Positions 23,601 to 35,223 of a stretch of DNA of 36,199 nucleotides are shown piece after piece. Numbering within the stretch: position 1 is the stretch's first letter; the number at the start of each line of letters is the position of its first letter. The DNA comes from Tubiluchus corallicola (Eukaryota > Animalia > Priapulida), in contig JAQGDQ010001526.1 in NCBI GenBank assembly GCA_030141605.1, forward strand, positions 1-36,199, given 5' to 3'. The notes beneath the pieces were generated by a model. It had not been told where the DNA came from. It ran no database searches and saw only the letters and a program-made list of their open reading frames with translations. The position numbers and the translations under genes are program-made.

Positions 23601-25464
23601 TCAACAGGTAAACAATTAATCAAAGTTTACATAACGAAACACCGCAGCAGTAGGCGATATAAGAATAAAACACAACTCGCACATTTTGCACCGTTTGTTG
23701 GGAGCCGTTTGGACCACTGCGCCAAGTAGACCACTTGATGCGCTAAAAGTAGTGTCCTACATGGGCAGCCCAAGTAGGACACTAGCGATTTTTGTCGAGA
23801 AACTTGCTCTGGCAAAACTTGTTTCCAGTTTATATTACCATTGTTTATAAGTATTGTTATGACATAATAAAGCATAAAACAAAATTTCTTTTAGAAATGG
23901 ATATTCCTTGGCAATTTACAAATGCATTTCTTACAATAATTTCATCATTATGATTAACTCCATTAATATATCATAACATTAAAACTAGTATCTAATGCTT
24001 TAAAGAGAGAAATTCTGCACACAGTTATTACAGAAATAATTGCAAATTTAAAAATGAGACAGATGCTGCTAAGCCTTCACAACACCAAAAAGTAATTTTT
24101 GACATTTAAGAAAAGCAAGGATAATTAGTTTTAATATTATCAGTAGTATTGTAACATGTAGGGCACTGTCCTACATGGCTTGCTAGCCCATGTAGGACAC
24201 ATAGATCGCTAGAACATTTACTTATAAGAAAACAGTTATTTGCCCAAGAGGTAGTGAAACGGATCACCTGTTTGTGAAGTGAGACAAAATCAAAAATGAT
24301 ATACCTTAAACAAATGTTGAATTCGCAAAAAAGTGGGGTTTTTTCACTTCAACAACATTAATATCGAAACCAAATTTAATATTGTCCCTTCTACCAGCTC
24401 AGAATAAAATTCTTTTATTTTATTAGATGTATAATAAATTATTCAACGTGTATTAACGTTTTTAATTATTATTATTACATAAACAAGCACAACGGACGGT
24501 GTCAGTACACTTAACGACTGAATTCACGACCTGTCTCTAGTGTCCTACTTGGGCAGCCCAAGTAGACCGCGGTCTACTTGGCGCAGTGGTCCAAACGGCT
24601 CCCAACACCGTTTACAAAAAGGGAAACTACAATATGGGAAATCAGAAGCATGAGAATGCGACACATAGATTAAACCCACCAGGACCACTACAAACATCGA
24701 GGGATCGTCACACAAATTTCAAAAACAGAAACAGGTAGAATGCTCTCACCATAGCGCTTTCACCGCTTCTTTCATTACATCATTCCATTCTGAAGCACTA
24801 AATTTTTTTATCATACGATTCACTTCAAATTTTCAGTTTATTTTCATTACTTTTTTTCTTTCACTGTGTGGGACAATCGAACAAGCCCTGCTTTTCGATC
24901 GCCCGCAACACATTTACATTTGTATATAGGTGAACAGTGTGTGAGGCTTTTTTTGTGCAGAAACAATAAAAACTTATTTGTATTATGTTCATTGTAGGCC
25001 TTTTCATTATATATTTTACAAGAAATTATTGTAAATGTTTAATGTGAAATAAGTGACTTATGTGAGTGCGATAAGGTATCACCAATGATAATTGCATATT
25101 AAGACTTAAGCAAGCCATGCTTCAAAAAAATGTAGAAGACTGCTGCTACCTTGAGATCTTGAACATAACTTGCACTATAATTATAACGCTCTAATTGAAA
25201 TGCTAAATACAAGGTTGAAGCCAATCCAATCACCTCTGCATGCAGTATGGTGAGAGCCAAGCTGGCTTTTGCGATGCACCACTTGAAGAACTTGCCAAGT
25301 CGTTCACACTTGTTAGTTCACTATCAGAGTGGAATCTCTACGTCTGAACATCATCATCATCTTAGGTGCTTCCGTTATTCAACTGTTGGGCATGGTGTAA
25401 GGCACTAACAGAAGTAGAGCAATTGGGTGCACATAGGTTAGCCCAAGTAGGACGCATACTGCAT
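20684..25464 (+). repeat. Segmental duplication, copy 2 (ZNF ORF absent)
   Basis: Roughly 90% identical (by eye) to copy 1 in shared blocks; starts in the 24-bp minisatellite and ends at GCCCAAGTAGGACGC. Confidence 0.93.
23697..24606. mobile_element. Non-autonomous TIR DNA transposon, superfamily unclear
   Basis: 36-bp perfect TIR GTTGGGAGCCGTTTGGACCACTGCGCCAAGTAGACC; flanking duplication ACCGTTT; internal GTCCTAC...CCCAAGTAGGAC palindromes; empty site at ~18050. Confidence 0.88.
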
Positions 25465-26701
25465 ATTACTTTATTAGCTTTATTAGCAACATTACATATA
25501 AATGCTCGAAAATAAAAATAAAATTACTTGAATAATCAAAAATAAAGAGAAGAAGATTGAAAAACGACCAAATCACAAAACGATCGGGAATGGAAGTTGA
25601 AATAAATAAACAGAGTAATAAGAAAATAGCTCACCGATTTTCTGCTTTATCACGCAGGGTGAAAAAAACAGAACACGAAAAGAAGTAAAAACGACAGGGA
25701 AATGTATAACCATAACGGAACAAAAACCTTGTATGATTTAGAAGAATGAGATTAATATCAGATCAAAAACTATTTAAATTTTGAGTGTGAAATTTGTTAC
25801 AATAAAAATGACAGCAGAGATACATTTAAATGAAAATATTGGCAATAGAGCTGAATGTAAAAGAATAAAGTTAGATAAACAAGTAAACTGTATCACCTTT
25901 TACTGTACATTACTCTACATAACTTTACTGATACGTTTTACTGTATCTAAAATTCTAGTAATATTTTCTCTTCTGCCATTTAGCAGCATTTAAAAAAAGT
26001 TTAAAAACACAATATTTGTTAAATTGAAGTTCTTGCTGTTGAATTTTTCCAGCTTTCCATACGAATGTGAGTTTTATTAGCCAATGGTGTCACAGTGCGA
26101 AAATTGTACTAATTGTTTCTGACAAAATTTTCCCACAAACGAGCACTTTTGTGGGAAGAAAACTGTGGACAATCTTAATAAAGCATTTATTTGATGACAC
26201 GCAACCATATGACTGCTCTTTATTGGTCTGACCTCATTTTGTCAAATTTAATAAAAATCTGAGTTTGACAAAGTTGATAAAACAGCAACAGCTGGAGACA
26301 CGCAAAATTCAGACGAACTGATGCTGACAAATTTTGCATCGTTTGAATTCCATACAAACTGGTAAGAAACGATCTTCTCCAAGATCTGTTTTCTGTTTGG
26401 AAGCCCCTGTTTGTTTTATAACATTCGTAGTTACAGCAAAATTCCCAATGACAGTACTGTCTCATTTAGGTTCCATTTCCTGTTAGCAAAGCATTTTTGC
26501 ATTGTCTTTTTCAAACTCACAAGAGCTTGGTATCTTTACACAGCTTTTAGACTGCAGCGTGAGATGTTGGAATAATAGAATTTTGTTTATTGTCATGCAA
26601 AACAATTTGCTTTGTTCTGCCTTTCGAATTCTTCGCTTTTAAAGAATGTTTATTAAAGAATCTTTTAAAAAATTTATTCCTGACTTACTTTTTCCATTCG
26701 A

Positions 26702-27338
26702 ATGATGGGTCTTTACATGGAGAGCGTCATGGTGTTGTTTTTTATTATTTGCGCTTTATTTAAACCAGCCTTATGCAGGAACTGGGAGTCAATGATAAAC
26801 GATGAAGTCAATCAGATTTCACCTTGCGTATTTGCAAATACCCGAAGTCCTTTTTCTGAAATGCCCAAGAACTGCGATTCTGTCTTGTGCTGGGATTTGA
26901 CGAAACAGGAATTAGCTACCTTTTCCGCTTCACGTGTGAAAATCCCCATAAAACAAATTCGTGTTGCTCGATATGCAGATACAGAATTACCAGAGAATTT
27001 TCTGGCTGGTATTGATGTCAAATTTCTAATCATCGAAAAGACGCAAGTGGAACATTTAACAAAAGGATGTATTCATGACGATTTCCGTCATCTTAGGATT
27101 ATAGAGATTAAGAACAACGCCAGGCTGAAATTTATACATCCCAAAGCATTTAGCAGACTTTCTGCTCTTACAAGCATTCATATTAAGAAAAATCCAAATT
27201 TGGCTGCAATAGATCTTGACTTGACTGCCTCACCAAAATTGACATCATTTATTATAGCAGAATGTACAAGTCTAGAAAGACTCACACCAACCTTCAGTTC
27301 ACACATAAAGCTTGGACATCCATATATTAGATTATATA
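26702..27338 (+). CDS. Secreted LRR-tectonin protein, coding exon 1 (signal peptide + LRRs)
   Basis: Hydrophobic N-terminus VMVLFFIICALFKPALC; LRR-like units ELPENFLAG, LRIIEIKNNARLKFIHPKAFSRLSALTSIHIKKNPNL; donor A|GTAAGT. Confidence 0.85.
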
Positions 27339-29347
27339 GTAAGTATTGATTAAAGGCAAGTTCGGAGTAGCATTAGCAATCTTGAAAATATAATTTTGTC
27401 GTAAATAATTAACTAACAGTTACTATAGTTCTTAATAAATAATTAAAGAGAAATCAATTTCATTTTCTGGGTTTATTTAATTTACTGTAGATTCGACATT
27501 ACATTTTGGTGCTATATAAGTTATAAAGGTTTAGTAAGTAATTATTTTGCATCTCTCATTAAATTATCACAAAATGGGTTAGTAAGTTTAAAGCATCAGT
27601 TATTTGGTAAATGTTCGAACAAAGTACAGTATGCCTGCTGTTTTTTTAAAAAATCTAAATACGTAGAAGCCTCCATGAAAAATATGAGCAAATGAATTGT
27701 GTACAATGTGCACCAACTTGAACCAATTTATATACCGATTTTGTGCATTGATGATACCAAGAGGTGAACGGTGGCCGCTCAAATTTAGCGTCATTTCTAA
27801 ATGGCAACATATGTCCTTTTTTGAAAGAAATTGTTTGTTGCAAATTCTTTTACTACGAAAATATTAGTAAGAATCTACTGCTTTACTGTCATTTCATGTT
27901 TATTGTTGTTATACGCCAATCGAACAGCATCCAGTGTGAGAGTCATTTCCATCGGGTTTACAATCTGGCTCCTATTAGCCAACAATGGCCATTTCATTGC
28001 TATTAAAACCGACAATTTTGGTGTCTAAATATACGTTTTCAAGATTAAGCAATCCACACCTAGCGATTAAAAGCTCGTACAACACCCAAAAATTTTGGAT
28101 TCCCTGGTGGCTGATAATGCAGCTGCTCAATCATGTAATATATATTCTGTAGTACATATACCGTCTAATGTACATATGACGGTGTCTTTCGGTGTATGGA
28201 TATTGGTTTTCAAGGTGGAGGAATTCATTTGCACTAAGCAAATGTTCAGACAGTTGAACAGACACACAGATAGCACTAATCGCATCTTTAAGCCACTGTT
28301 TTGTTGGTGGTAATATTGCTTCTATTAGCAGGTTGCCACACACTCGAAGCTGCAAAAGTGATGGTAACACAGTATTTTGTATTGGGAATATATCTCGTAT
28401 GTACATCCACACACTGTAGAGTTTGTTAGCTTGGAAAGAAGTCAGCATTGAAAAACAATCCAAACAGATCTTATGAATCCTTGTTTATTACGTTGTGTCT
28501 ACAGCAGTCAGAGATACCATTAATTCTGAAATTTCCTCTCACAGTCACGACCACATTAGGACAGAACTGGGGAACTCGTTTGAATACTTTCTGCTATAAG
28601 CTAATTGCTAAAGCTCAAAACACCTTGTGAGTTTGATGCTTAATGCTGTAGTGTCCAATATGGTTGGCAAGTCTGCTCCGTGGATTTCTTTCTTCACTAG
28701 TTAACTTATTTGCTAACTTTGTTAGTTTTTGGTAAAACTAGTGAAGTGAACAATACCTGTACCCCAACAGTATTCAGCCTACATCAAGTTTAATGTGTTC
28801 TAACAGTGCTCAAATATAAGATTAGATCTTTTATCATAGTTGATATTATTCAATATTTTAAGTTTCGTATTACTACTGCAAACTGCGCAAAGTAAAACCT
28901 CGAATATAAAAAAGTAAATGTCAGAAAATGCATCCAGGTAGGTTTTCCTTGAATCTTTTGTCTGTGAACAAATCTTTAGCTGTTTCACGAATTGATATGC
29001 ATTTGCATGCTTACCGTGAGTTGATACTACTACTTTATCATGAAATTCCACAGTGGCAAAAAATAAAAAGCTTAGCCAGATTAACCAAAATAAGTCCTAC
29101 TTTCCTAGAATATTGTTAGTAGTATAGACGCATCATCTTCTGACATATATACGGATATCTCTCCTGTGTTTAGCATGCGAAATTGCCTTGGACCTGTCAT
29201 GAACGTATTCAGTACAAAAGACGTGTTACCTGTCAGCCTTTTCAACATGTAATCATGTATGTTCAAAAACACCTTTTTCTCTGCAGTCTTTGACTGTGAG
29301 TTTTTAGAGAGTCCTTGGAGTTCTAAACATATCTACAAAACCAGATC

Positions 29348-29779
29348 TTCTTCTTCTTCTTCCCAGCTTTTCCCTATGCGGGGTCGCCATTGCGAATGAG
29401 TCTTCTCCATGCATTCTTGTTGTTGACCATCTCTTCATTTATGTTCTTCTCTCTAAGGTCTCTATTAATACATTCAATCCATATCCACTTGGGTCGTCCT
29501 CTTCTTCTATTTCCATCCATCTCAACATACTCATCTCCACCACATCCATTTTCTTCTCTTTGGTCTTCTTTAGAGAAGCTGCTTCCAGCCCATAGATTAG
29601 AGTGGGACTGACCACTGCTTTGTGCACTTTACCTTTAAGTCTCACCGACTCATTCATAGAAGGTTTTGTCGCAGTTTTTACAGGCGGATGCCATTCCTGA
29701 CCCTAACCCTCCCTATTTATCCGGGCTTGGCACCGACACTGAGTTGGGCTGGCTTGCCCCCCCCCCTAGTGGCAAGGTT
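29348..29779 (-). mobile_element. Internally deleted RTE-clade retrotransposon
   Basis: Peptide LKGKVHKAVVSPTLIYGLEA...EMSMLRWM (RTE RT C-terminus); 3' end GCGACCCCGCATAGGGAAAAGCTG then (GAA)n; RTE 5'-UTR-like block at 29660-29779; ~19-bp TSD ATATCTACAA(A/T)ACCAGATC (29329-29347, 29780-29798). Confidence 0.85.
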
Positions 29780-30062
29780 ATATCTACAATACCAGATCCC
29801 ACAAGTAAATTGGTGTTAGCTTGGAGTCTAAACACACTTGTTACAGGGCTACTCTATGCATAGTACAAGATCAGATTTAGTGTCATTCCCGAGTTTTCCA
29901 TTCTGGTACAAAGAATTGAAAAATAGAATGGATTTCATACTGAAAAAACGTATTTTGGTGAGTAGATCACCGTTCAGCACCTGCTAGAACATTGACGCCA
30001 TGAAAAATTAACAATTATTGTTCTTTGCTGATACATTTTGTTCACTTTTTGCAAATTTTCAG

Positions 30063-30218
30063 GAAATGGTTTAATCTGTGATTGCAATTTACTGTGGCTA
30101 TGCGAGGGTAAATTCAGATCAGTTTACTTAGACTGCACGCTGCCTGTCCCCAAAATCAATGCCTCATTAAAAGATATTACGACTACATGCATGGATGCAA
30201 CACTACCACCAGTAGCAG
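30063..30218 (+). CDS. LRR-tectonin protein exon (LRRCT cap)
   Basis: TTTTCAG acceptor, G|GTAAGT donor. Splicing to exon 1 gives IRLYRNGLICDCNLLWLCEG...DC...C, an LRRCT (LxxNPxxCDCxLxWL) motif. Confidence 0.87.
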
Positions 30219-31770
30219 GTAAGTAAGTAAAAGTAAAGATATTATCTCTACACCAAGAACTTGAGGACCTGGCATCACCTGTGGTAAAAAAAATGATAAT
30301 GTTGTTTTAGTGGTAGTAATCACTGTCTAATGTTGGAGGTTATGATCATAATAGTGACTAGAAATTATGGGATGTGAAAATCTAAGCTCTAATGTTATTT
30401 GAAATGCTGGCTTAATCACTACAAATGACCACTCGGAATATTGCAGACATTACGGCGTATTTTCACTGGCAGCATGTTAATTAAGTAGTAGCCATTAGAA
30501 CCATCAGATCCAAAAGCCTAACTATACTCATAAAAAATGCACAGCTACTTTACAAAATGGAGTGTTTAAGCCAAGGTAGACTGAAACAGGTGTGGCAAAA
30601 AATAAACAGAATTCTATTACCCACGGGACATTTTGTGATTTTATCTCACATATATTTGTGCTCTAGGAATAGTTTTTTCTTGTTTTCTATAAACTAATAT
30701 TCAGGTAATCTCACTAACAGTGCGCTTGTTAAGACAAGCAGTTCTCATGACAACCATCATCTGGCAAATTATGTTTTAATATTTTTATCTGGTATTTAAG
30801 GTCTGGCGACAGCAAATGCTAATACAGTGACTAATAAAGATGCGGTTGCTAAGGATGCTAAGGTTGCTAAGGCTACTATTTATGAGATGGTGGGAATAAA
30901 ACTTAGGTGTCCCATTTACAGATTATTGTATTGGTAGCATTTACCGTGTGGTTAATGTTACTTCTTGTGTGTTCTTCACTTAACTTGCAGAGTGAAGGCA
31001 AGAAAAATTTGTGTAAAAAATGATGAGTGCAATTGCTTCAGGTGGGACACTTTCTGTAATCAATTAGCAAGGCCATGAAGCTCAAACTTTAGAGAAATTA
31101 GGAAAAAGGTTTTTTAGAGGCCAACTATCCCTGAGATAACAATGCAAAATGCCCCGGGTACCAATAAATATGTTTTAGTAGGTTTTTTGTTTCATTAAAT
31201 AACTATTATTTAACATGAACTTGCCGTTACAGCTGCAGTAGCAGCAATGCCTTAGTCTCTATAGCATTTGTATCAGTTAATTAAAAGGCTGCATGACACC
31301 TGTGATGGCTAAAGCAGTACTGTCGGTTTCAAATTCTGTAATTTGGCATGGGTATGATTATTTCGAAGCACTCGTTCCTGGTGAGTGAACGGAGACTGTT
31401 CACTTCATTAAGTGTAGTGTCAAATGTCTCTACATCATCTGCTGAAAAGTGGTTAAACAAAAACATTTGCAGTTATCGCAAATTATGCACCACAACAGCT
31501 CGTTGATAAAAAACACATTTACAAATGCCACTTTTCTACAGAAACTTAAATAAAAGGTTACAGCTTCATAAGTTCAACATTTCAAAGCAGTGCTTATCTT
31601 TATGTAAGAATTCCTTAATGCAAAATTCTCAACAATAAATTAAAACGACTCTATAACATCCTTGGCTATAAACTGGAATAGGTTATTTTGCCAATACAAT
31701 TTTATTTACATGATGTGCCATTTTTGGAATTTATGTACATCTAGCTACATTTAGTTGTATCTTTTTCCAG

Positions 31771-31815
31771 ATATAGGTAGACATGTGCAAAAGCGTGAGC
31801 TAAAAACAGATGGAG
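31771..31815 (+). CDS. LRR-tectonin protein 45-nt linker exon
   Basis: Strong CTTTTTCCAG acceptor and GAG|GTGAGT donor; phase 1-1; encodes (D)IGRHVQKRELKTDG. Confidence 0.7.
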
Positions 31816-32397
31816 GTGAGTAAGCGTACGTACTGCCAACAGTAAGAAATAAACTACACCTGTTGAACAAAGATTAAGAACGCAAGAAAAAATCCATTGT
31901 GATATGTTGGCATGTTGAAATCGTGCTACACTACTCTTTTATGAATACAACGAAGAACACATACATGACACTTGAAGAAATCAAAATGTACATATGTACA
32001 ACTGGGCCTCTTACTGCAGGCAGTAGGTACAAAAAATGCTTTTTTAGCATACAACTTCCAAGAATTGTGCTAATCTGCTTTTGTTAAAAGAGTATTTTCT
32101 AAAGTTAAACTATAATCTAAGCTGTAAGGTGTAAATAACGTGTAGAAAACAAGTAGCAGTGTAGTATTGCAAAATTATGATCTTATTTCGTTTCACTGAC
32201 CATTCGGCTAACTTATGGCTGAAAAAGCGAATGGACCAAGAAATGAGTAAACAAGTAAGAGCTGAGCAAAAAGCAAGGAAAACAGGCAAGCAACTAAATA
32301 TATAAAACAGCAAATTAATAAATGAAACAAAATAATGATGATCTGGATGTATCTACAGGAACTTAGAAATATAATTAATATATGTTTCTATATTTAG

Positions 32398-32649
32398 GTT
32401 CACAGTGGACTCAATTAAAAGGTCAAAATTTAAAAGACATTGACATAGGGGATGCAGGGCTCTGGGGTTGCGATCGCAATAACTTTGTCTATTATCGACA
32501 AGGCACAGGAGGTGGCGTTAAAACTGTCGGAACTGCATGGGAACGTGTTGAATTGCCTGGAGGGCTAAGATTTCACGAAATCAGAGTTGGCCATCAGATC
32601 GTCTGGGCAATCAGATCGGGCAGACACGACAAATTATATTTTAGAAGAG
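32398..32649 (+). CDS. LRR-tectonin protein exon (tectonin/TECPR beta-propeller repeats)
   Basis: TATTTAG acceptor, G|GTACTC donor. Encodes SQWTQLKGQNLKDIDIGDAGLWGCDRNNFVYYRQG...WERV...IRVGHQIVWAI...LYFRR, matching the W-x-x-h-x-G-x-L-x-x-h-x-h-G...hWG...hYxR tectonin pattern. Confidence 0.85.
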
Positions 32650-32741
32650 GTACTCATTCCCTTCTTAATGTCATAGCAAAACTGCTATTGACTTTGTTTA
32701 CCATACTGGACCTCATAATATGATTTTTTTTACTTTTGCAG

Positions 32742-32906
32742 GCATCAGTAGAAATAAACCAAAAGGTGAATCATGGCATGACCCAGGTGGAGACTTAAGG
32801 AAGATCAGTTTGGATTCCAATACTAATGAATTGTGGGGATTAAGTAGAAAGTGGGAGGTTTATAGACGTACAGGTGTCCATAAGCTCAAGAATCCTGCAG
32901 GCAAAG
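32742..32906 (+). CDS. LRR-tectonin protein exon (tectonin repeats; gene incomplete at its 3' end)
   Basis: TTTTGCAG acceptor, AAG|GTTAGT donor. Encodes GISRNKPKGESWHDPGGDLRKISLDSNTNELWGLSRKWEVYRRTGV...NPAGK. Confidence 0.85.
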
Positions 32907-33481
32907 GTTAGTAAATATTTAAAGTATTTGTTTCTCAAGAACATATGCTGATTTTTGTCTGCAATTCAATGAAGTTGCTTTGAAGTTTAATAATTTCAAC
33001 GTATAATATAAAAAATTGTTTGCGTGGGAAACGTTATAGTCATAAGATGAACGTTTAGTTTTGTTTTGCTTATTGTTTTTTTCTTTTGTCATAACAAAAT
33101 GATACACAAATATTTTGAAAATATAAAATACCAAATTAAAAGAAACAAGCTTGTAAATAACAAAGTTAATTAATGGATTATTGGGGCTGTTAAAAAAGAA
33201 AACTTGTAAAGGTCATGCCCCATATGGCAAATAGAAATGAATAAAAAATTAATGGGATGAAAATTTGAATGAATATGAAAATGAATGAAGCAAAAATTAA
33301 AAACGTAAAAAAGCAGATTCACGTGGGCTAAGAATGTAATAAACGTAAATAAATCAGCAAGACAATCACAACTGCAAATGGTGAGAGGAGTCAGATTATG
33401 TCCACCCACCTACAATTTTTTTCTTCTTCTTTTTATGGAGCATAGTCCATTCTTGTTCTTCTTTGAGTGTGATATGAAACA

Positions 33482-34249
33482 TTACAGATTATAAATGATT
33501 GGATTGTGCTCCATAATAAAGAGTTTTAGGCTTTTTTTATATTTATAAATACTACGTTCTGATTTTATATGATTAGGTAGATAGTTCCAAATTAATGGAC
33601 CAATAAAGGAAATGAAATGCTTAGCAACATTCATACTGACATATGGAATAAAGTATTGATTAAATCGTACATTATGAAATCTTTCATTAATTTTGGTAGG
33701 CTTTTTGAAGAACTTTAGTAATAATTTGTTATTAGTTTTATACATGAAAATTGCAATATTATGAAACACTAACTTATCAATAGACATTTTTAAAAAAAGA
33801 GTTAAATGCTGGAGTGAATTTATTTAATCCGAAATATAAATGAAGAAATTTTCTTTGAAGACAACATAAAGGGTTAAGATTTGTCATGTATATAGCTCCT
33901 CAAAGGGAACTAACATAATTTAAATAAGGATAGACTAAAGAAAAATAAAGAGTAAGTACATCTGATTTGGACAAATTGTGTAAAATATGGGACATAGTAC
34001 CTATATTTTTGGATATTTTTAGACTAATTATTTTATATGAGAACTCCATTCCACATGATCGTGCAAAACTACACCTAAAAATCTGGTAGAATGAAAACAT
34101 TCAATAGGAAGGCCATCAATATAATGACTACAATGTGAAGGAATCGGTTTACTTTTGGAGCTACATTGAATGTACTTAGTTTTAGTGAGATTATAAGATA
34201 ATTTGTTGGCTTTAAAATAATAATTTGTTTTATGATCATTTAACATCAA
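33482..34249 (-). mobile_element. Decayed CR1/L2-group LINE RT fragment
   Basis: Frameshifted pieces YFKANKLSYNLTKTKYI, FLGVVLHDHVEWSSHI, LYFSLVYPYLNY, FMYK, GPLIWNYLP, colinear with the LINE at 18429. Confidence 0.85.
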
Positions 34250-34359
34250 TGATCAGGTAAAAGAACAGTACTCAAACAATGCAATCTGTTACAATGAAAA
34301 AAATACATAGACAGAACCCCATGGGTCTAATCGTCAACAAAATGCACAATAACATACAA

Positions 34360-34378
34360 CAATGATAATAACAACAAC

Positions 34379-34442
<64 letters not shown>
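34360..34442. repeat. (AAT)n microsatellite
   Basis: Seen directly; a degenerate (TTA)n tract also lies at 35216-35294. Confidence 0.95.
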
Positions 34443-34558
34443 TTTTTTTTGTAAACGTGTTTACCGTAGTTAAGTATTACAATTTTACAGCTAACTACAA
34501 AGTTCTGTTCATCTTAAATTTTTTCTATATTACAATGTTTTACATGTTTGATTGTTAA

Positions 34559-35223
34559 AATAATAACTAGCGCAGGCCCCGCAAAAAATTTTGCTTATAA
34601 ACCCACTTATAATCAAAAATACGCAAACATCCTACATAGCCCTCATTTATAACGCAAAGCCAGCAGCAGCTTTTACTGAATTAAAGTTATAAGGCTATAG
34701 GTAGAGTATAATGGATGACATCAGAACAATGGCTTTGTTTCAGCAGTATTGCAAGCGAAAATTGCCAAAAATGGAACATCTAATTAACTCGCCGGCACTC
34801 TTCTTGGTGGACGTGTCCTAAAATACAGCTCACATTGTCGTGTAGCCCTGTTTAACACTAGATCGAGACCTTTCATATGACGTATAGATCGCCGCAAAGC
34901 TGTAGCGTCGAATCTTATATACATATAAAGCCCATACCAGTAGAATTAATATATAGACTAGCAAAGGCCATCAAAAAATTTTGCTTTTAAATAAACTTAA
35001 TCAAAAATGCAAGATGTTCTACATATGTTTGTCAGTTTGTAACGCAAAGCCATTGTTCTGATGTCATCCATTATACTCTACCTATAGCCTTATAACTTTA
35101 ATTCAGTAAAAGCTGCTGCTGGCTTTGCGTTATAAATGAGGGCTATGTAGGATGTTTGCGTATTTTTGATTATAAGTGGGTTTATAAGCAAAATTTTTTG
35201 CGGGGCCTGCGCCAGTTATTATT
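34559..35223. repeat. Long inverted repeat: 179-bp arms, 307-bp spacer
   Basis: 34559-34737 is the reverse complement of 35045-35223, with one mismatch seen. Confidence 0.95.

Noticed and set aside
27960-29330. Highly decayed minus-strand LINE in the first LRR intron
   Set aside because: Only faint hints (FQANKL, a GVPQ-like piece); not enough to call without a profile search.
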